Both the position numbers and the translations under genes were made by a program. DNA of 64,000 nucleotides, from positions 124,001-188,000 of the IMG/VR virus record IMGVR_UViG_3300024259_002152, one strand, 5' to 3'. Below are positions 18,802 to 26,539 of the stretch, piece after piece; positions within the stretch are counted from its first letter, which is position 1, and the number at the start of each line of letters is the position of its first letter. The notes beneath the pieces are model-generated. The model saw nothing but the letters and a program-made list of their open reading frames with translations. It was not told where the DNA came from and did no database searches.

Positions 18802-19725
18802 ATGAATAAATATTTTTGGACAGAAGAGGAGATAAATGTTGTTAGAAATACGGATTTAACTTTATCTGAAATGATGGGATTACTTCCTAATAGAACTTAT
18901 TCTGGCATTAGAGGGCAAATTAAAAAACAAGGGATATCATTAAGTAAAGAATCTATTTCAAAGGCACACACCTTGGGCCATCTAGGTATTAAAGAAGCTG
19001 ATATTGATAAAATCTTAGCAGATTCTAATTTTTTAGATATAATAAATGGTAATCTGTTGGGCGATGCATGGATAGATAAGTCTCATAACTTTGGATTGGC
19101 GAATATTAGTAAAGAATTTGTAGAACATGTTAATGTAGAACTTAATCGAATTTTTAAAAGTAATTCTAAAGTTTGTGTTAAATTGTCAAATGAGGGAAAG
19201 ATAAATGGGAAAAGATTCAAGAGAAAAAAACAATATTATATGAGTAAATCTTGTAAGCCAATTTTTCGTAATTTGTATTATCAATGGTATGAGAATGGGG
19301 AGAAAATAGTTCCAGACGAATTAGATCTTACTCCCATGTGCTGTTATTTTTGGTATATAGGAGATGGTTGTATAAATTGTAAAGAGAAAAGACAAAGCGC
19401 TTCAATATCTCTTTCCACAAATGCTTTCTCTAAAAGATGTGTGGAGAAGCTTCTTAATAAAATGCAGGATAAAATTAATGGATTTAATGCGTCTGTCCAT
19501 TTTTTGAAAGATAAACCAGTTATTTTTATTAGCGGTCGATTTGTTTTGAAATTTCTAGATTATATCGGTGATGGATTTTTAAAATCATTTTCTTATAAGT
19601 GGAATTTAAATGGTTATTCTGAACAAAAGACCGTCTGTAAGGTTTGTAATAAGGAATTTGTCCACTACGGTTTTAAGAAAAATTATAGAACTCAATGCAG
19701 TGTTTGTAGAAAGAAATTAAAATGA
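18802..19725 (+). CDS. free-standing double-motif LAGLIDADG homing endonuclease
   Basis: IINGNLLGDAWI and YFWYIGDG motifs, LSTNAFS, C-terminal CxxC...CxxC. Confidence 0.85.
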   Translation: MNKYFWTEEEINVVRNTDLTLSEMMGLLPNRTYSGIRGQIKKQGISLSKESISKAHTLGHLGIKEADIDKILADSNFLDIINGNLLGDAWIDKSHNFGLANISKEFVEHVNVELNRIFKSNSKVCVKLSNEGKINGKRFKRKKQYYMSKSCKPIFRNLYYQWYENGEKIVPDELDLTPMCCYFWYIGDGCINCKEKRQSASISLSTNAFSKRCVEKLLNKMQDKINGFNASVHFLKDKPVIFISGRFVLKFLDYIGDGFLKSFSYKWNLNGYSEQKTVCKVCNKEFVHYGFKKNYRTQCSVCRKKLK

Positions 19726-20498
19726 ATTTGATTTTTTTGGGAGTTGCTTCTGCATTAAGCAATGGTTATAACTCCAATATATTAATAGAAGATAAAAAAA
19801 ATGCAATGCTTTTTGATTGTGGAGAAGATATAAAACACTCGCTTAGGGCAGCAGGAAGAAAGGTAGAAGAATTAAATTCGGTATATATATCACATTTGCA
19901 CTCTGATCATTGCTATGGGTTGAGTTGGCTCGGATATTACTCATATTTTATTTTGAAGAGAAAAATTAATCTTTATATCCATGAAAGTTTGGTTAATGAG
20001 CTTTGGTGTATGTTGTCACCAGCTATGAATAAACTTCAAGGCGGTTGTAACTTCGAGACTCTTGCAACGTATTTTAATGTTCGTTCTATTCCTGATGATG
20101 ATCCTATTTTTTCATTTGGGACGGCGGAAATGGAGTTAATTAAAAATAAACATATTAGTTCGTTTGTTGGTAATATGTATAGTTATGGTTTGCTGATTAA
20201 AGATGATAGTTATAAAAAGGGAATATATATATCTGCTGATACTATGTTTATTCCTCCAGGCACCATTTGGAATGAAAAAATAGATTTTGTTTTTCAAGAT
20301 GTTGATGTTTTTAATTTAGGAGGTGTTCATTGTAATTATAACGTATTAAAAGAGATGCCTCTTTATTATAAAGAACGGATATGGCTTTACCACTATACTG
20401 ATCTTTCTAAATATGATGGGAAGTATGGAGAGATGCCTGATGCTGTTGCAGATGGATTTGCAGGTTTTGTTAAAGAGGGGCAAGTGTTTGAGTTTTAA
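19722..20498 (+). CDS. MBL-fold hydrolase, anti-Pycsar Apyc1-like
   Basis: FDCG, HLHSDH, LW, YFNVRS, SADT, GGVH and LYHY motifs in the order recalled for Apyc1. Confidence 0.75.
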   Translation: MNLIFLGVASALSNGYNSNILIEDKKNAMLFDCGEDIKHSLRAAGRKVEELNSVYISHLHSDHCYGLSWLGYYSYFILKRKINLYIHESLVNELWCMLSPAMNKLQGGCNFETLATYFNVRSIPDDDPIFSFGTAEMELIKNKHISSFVGNMYSYGLLIKDDSYKKGIYISADTMFIPPGTIWNEKIDFVFQDVDVFNLGGVHCNYNVLKEMPLYYKERIWLYHYTDLSKYDGKYGEMPDAVADGFAGFVKEGQVFEF

Positions 20499-20515
20499 TA
20501 TTATGAGAAATTTAT

Positions 20516-20803
20516 ATGGCAAAAGAATTAACCTCATCAGAGATAGAAGAATTGGATAGTTTAATAGAATGGGGCGGTGAATTTGGCGTAGGGTCCCCAG
20601 GATATGTGGAAACTCCCATTCATCCAAAAAGTGAGGTTGTTTCTAGTAATAATAATTTGGTTCATCCTTTTTCTGATGACGGAGTTGATGAAAGATGTTT
20701 AGAATATTGGGAAAAGATGGAATATAGAAAAAGGCCAAGAAAATTCAGAAATAAAATAGAGAATAATAAGATAAAAACCAGAATTGAAATTTTAGACTTA
20801 TAG
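20516..20803 (+). CDS. hypothetical protein with C-terminal RIEILDL
   Basis: Terminal motif at 20780-20803. Confidence 0.65.
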   Translation: MAKELTSSEIEELDSLIEWGGEFGVGSPGYVETPIHPKSEVVSSNNNLVHPFSDDGVDERCLEYWEKMEYRKRPRKFRNKIENNKIKTRIEILDL

Positions 20804-20816
20804 AGAGGTAGAAACA

Positions 20817-21110
20817 ATGAAAGGTTATGATGTATTTTTTACTGATCCAGACTCTGTTGATGAGATGAAATGTAGAGTATGTGGAACGTTTTGCGATGTG
20901 AAACGTGGAGAAAATGGTTCAACTGGATGGGCTCAAGCCATGGCGAACGGCAAAACTTTGCATGATTATTTTTATTGTCCATACAAAGAAGAAAAATGGC
21001 ACGAACAGGCATTTAGACTTGTCCAAGATATTGAAAAGTGTTATAGTCCATCTTTGAAAAAGATAATGGAAGAGGATTTAAAGAAAATGATTGAAGATAA
21101 AGGAAAATAA
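20817..21110 (+). CDS. hypothetical Zn-ribbon-like protein
   Basis: CRVCG...HDYFYCP...WH; GAGG RBS. Confidence 0.65.
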   Translation: MKGYDVFFTDPDSVDEMKCRVCGTFCDVKRGENGSTGWAQAMANGKTLHDYFYCPYKEEKWHEQAFRLVQDIEKCYSPSLKKIMEEDLKKMIEDKGK

Positions 21111-21111
21111 A

Positions 21112-21654
21112 ATGAAAACAAAAAGTTATTACGAAACAGATACCCACGTATATTTCTATGGTTCGTGTTATTCTCAATGGGCCATGAGAAGTTTTGAATT
21201 AGATGGTAATCTTTTTAATTGCTGTGAGCAGTATATGATGTATAGAAAAGCTAAACTTTTTGGAGATCATGAATCTGCTAAAAAGATTTGGAGTTCTGGA
21301 GATCCTGCTGAGCAAAAAGCATTGGGAAGAAAAGTTAAAAATTTCGATAAAGATAAGTGGGAAGAAATAGCTAGAGATGTTGTTTATAAAGCTAATTATG
21401 CTAAATTTACTCAGAATGAAGATTGTAAACAACAGCTATTAGAAACAAAACATAAAATTATTGTTGAAGCCAGTCCTACAGATTGTATCTGGGGAGTGGG
21501 TTTATGGGCTACAGACTGTAAAATATTAGATTCCAAGAATTGGAGAGGAACTAATTGGTTAGGAGAAGCCATAATGAAAGTTAGAAAAGCATTGCAGGAT
21601 ATAGATAAACAATCAAACCAAAGTTATGCCAACATAGGATGGGATAGCATGTAA
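21112..21654 (+). CDS. NADAR (YbiA/DUF1768) family hydrolase
   Basis: SQW, EQYMMYRKA, KALGR, KFTQN, VEASPTDCIWG and GTNWLGEAIM motifs. Confidence 0.93.
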   Translation: MKTKSYYETDTHVYFYGSCYSQWAMRSFELDGNLFNCCEQYMMYRKAKLFGDHESAKKIWSSGDPAEQKALGRKVKNFDKDKWEEIARDVVYKANYAKFTQNEDCKQQLLETKHKIIVEASPTDCIWGVGLWATDCKILDSKNWRGTNWLGEAIMKVRKALQDIDKQSNQSYANIGWDSM

Positions 21655-21667
21655 AGGAGAAATAAGA

Positions 21668-21913
21668 ATGCCAGAAGAGAATAAAGAGAAAAAGGTTGGA
21701 GTAGAGATTCATGGTCCTAATATTTTGCACGGCAAGAGGGCAAGATTAGTCAGAGGAGAACAAGAGGTTATTGGAGTTTTGTTAGCTAATGATAGTCAAG
21801 TTAATTCTGATAAATTCGCTTTTCAATTTGTTAATAAGCATGGAGTGAAAAGTATTAGTCAAGTGACTAAGGATGAGTTACAAAATATTGATGAGTATTT
21901 GATTGATTATTAA
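21668..21913 (+). CDS. hypothetical protein
   Basis: AAGGAG RBS. Confidence 0.6.
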   Translation: MPEENKEKKVGVEIHGPNILHGKRARLVRGEQEVIGVLLANDSQVNSDKFAFQFVNKHGVKSISQVTKDELQNIDEYLIDY

Positions 21914-21914
21914 A

Positions 21915-22298
21915 ATGGATAAAGGTGTTCTAGATATTTTCATATTAGAAGATGCTCCTGAAAGAATCAAGTGGTTTCAGCAGACCTTTGGCGATTGTAA
22001 TATAGTTTATACAAAGGATGTTGAAACAGCTTGTGATGAATTGAGGACTAAGGATTATGATCTTATATTTTTAGATAGAGATCTTGGTCATCCTAAAGAG
22101 AATGGGGAAGATGTTGCTTGGGTGATGAAAGAGGAGCAATTAGCTAGAAATGCCTGTATAGTTATCCACACGGTTAATCCTCGCGGACAAAGAAATATAA
22201 AAAAATATTTAGAACAATATCATAGAGATGTTCATCTTATTGATTTTACTTTGCTACGCAAGATGAAAAGATCTGACTTTCAGATGTCAGATTTTTAA
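21915..22298 (+). CDS. cyclic-phosphate-processing receiver-like domain protein
   Basis: IFILED, LIFLDRDLG, GEDV and IHTVNP motifs. Confidence 0.75.
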   Translation: MDKGVLDIFILEDAPERIKWFQQTFGDCNIVYTKDVETACDELRTKDYDLIFLDRDLGHPKENGEDVAWVMKEEQLARNACIVIHTVNPRGQRNIKKYLEQYHRDVHLIDFTLLRKMKRSDFQMSDF

Positions 22299-22400
22299 TT
22301 TATTGTAAACATATTTTTCAAATAAAAGAAGGTTTTTAAATCTTTATTTTGTATTTATATATTAAATACGAGATAAAGATTTTTTTATTGGAGAATAAGA

Positions 22401-22556
22401 GTGAAAAAACCCATTAATATGAAGATGGATGTGGAGATTGTTAAGAAATGTAAAAAAATAGCTAAAGAGAATAAGAAGACATTTACTCAGTTGGTTACCG
22501 ATGTTTTATTTGAATATATTAAGAATTATAAAAAGGAGAGTTCAAATGGAATATAA
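22401..22556 (+). CDS. small ribbon-helix-helix protein (51 aa, not in the ORF track)
   Basis: GGAG RBS plus GTG; MKKPINMKMDVEIVKKCKKIAKENKKTFTQLVTDVLFEYIKNY; overlaps the NeuB start. Confidence 0.65.
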   Translation: MKKPINMKMDVEIVKKCKKIAKENKKTFTQLVTDVLFEYIKNYKKESSNGI

Positions 22557-23409
22557 GAAATGTAAAGTTGTTAGTGAGTTATGTTGTAATCATGGGGGAG
22601 ACATTGATATGGCAAAAGAAATGATAATATCATCCAAATTGTGCGGGGCAGATTATGTCAAGTTCCAAAAGAGAAATCCTATTAAGGCGGTGCCTATAAA
22701 AATGCATAATCAGTCTCATCCATGTCCTATACATTCATTTGGAGAAACTTATTTAGAGCATAGGAAAAATTTAGAATTTACAATAGATCAGCATAGGCAT
22801 TTAAAAAGATATTGTGAAGAAGTTGGTATAGGGTATTCTTCTTCTGTATGGGATGAAGATTCTGCATTTGATATTATATCTTTAAATCCTGATTTTATAA
22901 AAGTTCCTTCTGCAATGAATGAAAATTATTTTTTATTGGATACTATTTTTAATAACTACAAAAGAGATGTTCATGTATCACTAGGCATGATAGGGAAAAA
23001 AGAGAAAGAAGAGTTATTCGAGTATCTTAAAGATAAAAAAAATAGGGTGGTAATATATCAAACTACTTCTTCTTATCCTGTTAAATTTGAAGAGTTGTAT
23101 TTAATGGAAATTGTCGAGTTAAAAAAGAATTTTAAAAAAGTGGGTTATAGCGGTCATCATCTTGGAATAGCAGTTGATATAAGTGCTTATACTCTTGGCG
23201 CCGAGTGGATAGAAAGGCATTTTACTTTGGATAGAACGGCAAAAGGAACTGATAATTCTGCTAGTTTAGAACTATCTGGGTTGCAAAAATTATGTAGAGA
23301 TTTAAAAGCCTGTTATAAGTCATTGGATTATAAAAAAATAGATTTTACTTTTGATGAAGAAAAAAATAGAAATAAATTAAAAATAAAAAGGGGGAGAAAT
23401 GATATCTAA
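22546..23409 (+). CDS. N-acetylneuraminate synthase (NeuB) family #1, no SAF domain
   Basis: SELCCNHGGD, YVKFQKR, SSYP, GYSGHH and IERHFT motifs; ATG at 22546 after AAGGAG. Confidence 0.9.
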   Translation: MEYKKCKVVSELCCNHGGDIDMAKEMIISSKLCGADYVKFQKRNPIKAVPIKMHNQSHPCPIHSFGETYLEHRKNLEFTIDQHRHLKRYCEEVGIGYSSSVWDEDSAFDIISLNPDFIKVPSAMNENYFLLDTIFNNYKRDVHVSLGMIGKKEKEELFEYLKDKKNRVVIYQTTSSYPVKFEELYLMEIVELKKNFKKVGYSGHHLGIAVDISAYTLGAEWIERHFTLDRTAKGTDNSASLELSGLQKLCRDLKACYKSLDYKKIDFTFDEEKNRNKLKIKRGRNDI

Positions 23410-23932
23410 AGAGGCTAAGAGAGATTACGATAAAGAATATCGTAAGAAAAACAAGGAAAAGGCACAAAAGTTTCAGCAAGAATATTATCAAACGAATAAA
23501 GAAAAAATAAAGGCAAGAATTAAGAAATATAGGATAGAGCATCCAGAAAAAGAAAATAAGGATAAAAGAAAAGCTAGAAGCAAAAGATATAGAGATAATA
23601 ATCCAATAAAAAGCCGCTTGTCTGTTTGGAAAAGTCGGGGCATAAAAATAACGGTTGAAGATTACAAAAAGATTTATAAAGATCAAGAAGGGTGTTGTTA
23701 TATTTGTGGTGTTCCAGAGGAAAAATTGAAAAATAAATTATGTCTAGATCACAATCATAAAACAGGGAATCCAAGGGGTTTACTTTGTCACAAATGTAAC
23801 TCTATGATAGGTTTTATTGAAAGGGGATATGAAGTAGATTTTAGAGATCCGATACCTATATTAAAAAATGCTATTTCTTATATCTCTAACAAACTGGACG
23901 TATCGGCAAAAAAAGTGAAAAATATGATTTGA
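23399..23932 (+). CDS. endonuclease VII-family (His-Me finger) homing endonuclease
   Basis: Q...CYICG...LCLDHNHKTGNPRGLLCHKCNSMIG; basic N-terminus. Confidence 0.88.
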   Translation: MISKEAKRDYDKEYRKKNKEKAQKFQQEYYQTNKEKIKARIKKYRIEHPEKENKDKRKARSKRYRDNNPIKSRLSVWKSRGIKITVEDYKKIYKDQEGCCYICGVPEEKLKNKLCLDHNHKTGNPRGLLCHKCNSMIGFIERGYEVDFRDPIPILKNAISYISNKLDVSAKKVKNMI

Positions 23933-23956
23933 AAGTGAATGTGGATGTAGTATAAT
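23929..23956 (+). promoter_or_regulatory. sigma70-type promoter TTGAAA-N16-TATAAT
   Basis: Near-consensus hexamers at the gene boundary before 24011. Confidence 0.55.
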
Positions 23957-24010
23957 AGACCAAGTAGATAGTGAAGATTGATATAACTACTTATTTTATA
24001 TGGATTTAGG

Positions 24011-24595
24011 ATGAAATTTAGTGATATAAAAGTTGTCGTAACTGATGTAGACGGCTGTTTAACAGATGGTCATTATGTTATAACTTCGGCATTTGAGGAT
24101 GCGAACTCTCTAATGCAGAGAATCCCCTATGTATCGAAATCTTTTCATACGAGGGATTTTGATGGTCTTGAAAGAACGATGAAGACAGGTATTAGAGTGA
24201 TCATTATAAGTCAATCAAAGGATTCAGTTATTGCTGAACAAATTAATAGATTGACTATGAGGTCAGATTCTTTTTGGAGTGATTGTTATAAGAATGGTTT
24301 TTTACGACTATTAAGAGGAGTAGAGGATAAGAAGCAAGAGTTAGATAAATATTTGGCTGAAGAAAAAATATCTTGGGATAATGTTGCTTATTTCGGTGAT
24401 GCAGAAAATGATTTGGAGAGTATAGAGCAGTCATTATATGCGGGTTGTCCTAATGATGCTGTCGATATTATTAAGAAAAATTGTAATTATTGGTCTTCAT
24501 CTCCAGGGGGCAGAGGAGTGGTTTATGATTTTTGTATGTTTATATTAAGACAAATAGAAACGGAGCGGAGTAAGAATGAAAATTTTAGAGCCTAA
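24011..24595 (+). CDS. KdsC-like HAD phosphatase
   Basis: DVDGCLTDG, KSFHTRD, YFGDAEND and GGRG motifs. Confidence 0.88.
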   Translation: MKFSDIKVVVTDVDGCLTDGHYVITSAFEDANSLMQRIPYVSKSFHTRDFDGLERTMKTGIRVIIISQSKDSVIAEQINRLTMRSDSFWSDCYKNGFLRLLRGVEDKKQELDKYLAEEKISWDNVAYFGDAENDLESIEQSLYAGCPNDAVDIIKKNCNYWSSSPGGRGVVYDFCMFILRQIETERSKNENFRA

Positions 24596-24926
24596 TGTTG
24601 GAGAGACACATGTTCTTATTGCGGAGCAACATACTTATATTTGTGCTACAGATACAAAACAAAAGTTATTTTTGAAAGAGATTAAGGTTGGTCCAGGTCA
24701 GCACACATGGGAATGGATATCATTACGAACAGATCGTTTTGTTGATATAAGTGGTATTGAAGATCGTTATTGTTCTTTTGACAATGCTATTAATAGAGCG
24801 GTCAATGATCTTTATCGAACAGTTTATGAATTTGAAAGTCCTGAGGAGATGATTGCTCATTGGGATGATATAAAATATGTCGATAAGATTACGACAGTTT
24901 ATACTAGCGAAAATAAAAAGGAATAG
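24576..24926 (+). CDS. hypothetical protein
   Basis: GGAG RBS; overlaps the upstream gene. Confidence 0.65.
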   Translation: MKILEPNVGETHVLIAEQHTYICATDTKQKLFLKEIKVGPGQHTWEWISLRTDRFVDISGIEDRYCSFDNAINRAVNDLYRTVYEFESPEEMIAHWDDIKYVDKITTVYTSENKKE

Positions 24927-24927
24927 A

Positions 24928-25329
24928 ATGTCCGAATTTCATATCATAGAAGTGGTATTTAAAGATCAGCCTGTCCTAATCCAAACTTTGAGAGAAATGG
25001 GTTATGAGCCTGAGGTCCATGAGAAAGCTAAGAATCTATTTGGGTATCAGGGAGATAAAAGAGAGCAAAAAGCACATATTATCATTCCTCGCAAACAGGT
25101 TGGAGGAGCTAGTAATGATGTGGGTTTTGAGAGAGTAAAGAAAGGTTTTGTTCTTCATGCTTCTGCTTTTGACTCTGCTTGGAGAACAGGAAAAAAGTTA
25201 AAAACTTTGAATAAAAGGTATACGGAAAATAAATTAAGGAAAGAGGTTTCTAAGTCTGTGAATTTGAACGTAGTAAATAGAACAGAACGTGAAGACGGAA
25301 GAATAGAAATTCAACTTAGAATGAGTTAA
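24928..25329 (+). CDS. DUF1257 (Ycf35-like) protein
   Basis: MSEFHIIEV..., GYQGD, NDVGFER and GRIEIQL motifs. Confidence 0.75.
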   Translation: MSEFHIIEVVFKDQPVLIQTLREMGYEPEVHEKAKNLFGYQGDKREQKAHIIIPRKQVGGASNDVGFERVKKGFVLHASAFDSAWRTGKKLKTLNKRYTENKLRKEVSKSVNLNVVNRTEREDGRIEIQLRMS

Positions 25330-25343
25330 ATAGTGAATTTCTC

Positions 25344-25371
25344 TTGAAAGTGAAAGACGAACGTTTATAAT
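25344..25371 (+). promoter_or_regulatory. sigma70-type promoter TTGAAA-N16-TATAAT
   Basis: Shares TTGAAAGTGAA with the 23929 site. Confidence 0.55.
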
Positions 25372-25427
25372 ATATGAGTTGTTTGAAAAATAATTAAGGT
25401 CTAGTTCAAAGAAAAGAGAGGTGTATT

Positions 25428-25817
25428 ATCTCAGCATACCACGTAATAGAAGTAAATTTTAAGGATGAGCCTTTGTTAGTTCAATCTTTAAAAGATTTGG
25501 GTTATAACCCAACTGTGCATCAAGAGGGTGTTCAACTTAGTAATAGTTATAGTAAAAGCAAATCTAATGTCCATCTTGTTGTTCCTAAGGAGCAGTTTAA
25601 TGGATCTTATGGGGATTTGGGTTTTGAGAGAACTAAGAAAGGGTTTGTAATGCATGCAGATCATATAGATATCTCAAGATTTAATCTAAAAGGTCTTAAT
25701 AAAACATATGCTGAAAACAAGTTAAAAAGATATGTTGGTAGCACAACGCAGTGTTCCATTCTTTCTCGCAGAGAAAATAAAAATGGGCAAATTGAAATTC
25801 AATTGAGAGTGCAATAA
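25428..25817 (+). CDS. DUF1257 paralog, probable ATC start
   Basis: ATC-SAYHVIEVNFKDEP aligns with paralog MSEFHIIEVVFKDQP; GAGGTG RBS. Confidence 0.7.
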   Translation: MSAYHVIEVNFKDEPLLVQSLKDLGYNPTVHQEGVQLSNSYSKSKSNVHLVVPKEQFNGSYGDLGFERTKKGFVMHADHIDISRFNLKGLNKTYAENKLKRYVGSTTQCSILSRRENKNGQIEIQLRVQ

Positions 25818-25852
25818 AAGTTATCAATTATTACAATTCATAAGGTAGAGAT

Positions 25853-26536
25853 ATGACCAAACTTAAGGGTAAGGCAAAAGCTAGGGCCAGTAGAAAAAAT
25901 AAAAACAAGCAGAAGGACGCCTTCTTTTTGAGAAGAAAAATGTTATTAGGAGAAATCAAGAAATATGATGATCCTGCGCTCTCGGTCAAATGCGAAATAG
26001 TTCCTGAGGGAGAAGATGTAAAAGATATTTTTAAGAAGATGGCGCAAGTTATGAATGCTGCCAAGAACGGGGTGGGTATTGCAGCATCTCAGATTGGAGA
26101 ATCTAAAAAACTGATTGTTATTAAGTCCGATTCTGATTCTCATCAAATCACCTATATGATTAATCCTGAGATTATATCAAAAAGTGACCAAATAAAATTG
26201 GGTAGAGAAGGATGTTTGTCTTATCCAGAAACATATGCTTTTATAGAGAGATTTGCGTGGGTGGAAATTTCTTATTTTGATCAGAATTGGAAAGAACATA
26301 CTACTAAGTATAAAGAAGGTGATATACTTGGTATTGTTGCCCAGCATGAGATAGAGCATCTTGAGTATGGCCATTGTCAAATTTATGAGTGGTGGAAAGA
26401 TCCAGAAGGTAAGAAAAAAGAGCTAGAAGCAAAATTTAAAAAACCGGAAGAGAAAGAAGAGCAAAGTTCTGGTTATGAGATAGTAGAATCCGAAGATTAT
26501 AAAAGAGAACAAGAAGAACAAAAAGTAGAAAAATAA
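25853..26536 (+). CDS. def: peptide deformylase
   Basis: GVGIAASQIG, EGCLS and QHEIEHL motifs. Confidence 0.92.
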   Translation: MTKLKGKAKARASRKNKNKQKDAFFLRRKMLLGEIKKYDDPALSVKCEIVPEGEDVKDIFKKMAQVMNAAKNGVGIAASQIGESKKLIVIKSDSDSHQITYMINPEIISKSDQIKLGREGCLSYPETYAFIERFAWVEISYFDQNWKEHTTKYKEGDILGIVAQHEIEHLEYGHCQIYEWWKDPEGKKKELEAKFKKPEEKEEQSSGYEIVESEDYKREQEEQKVEK

Positions 26537-26539
26537 TCT

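Noticed and set aside
8068-20803. The tag as a DNA-level repeat (attC-like site, operator or terminator)
   Set aside because: Variation is mostly synonymous, the motif is always in frame before a stop, and it has no consistent palindrome
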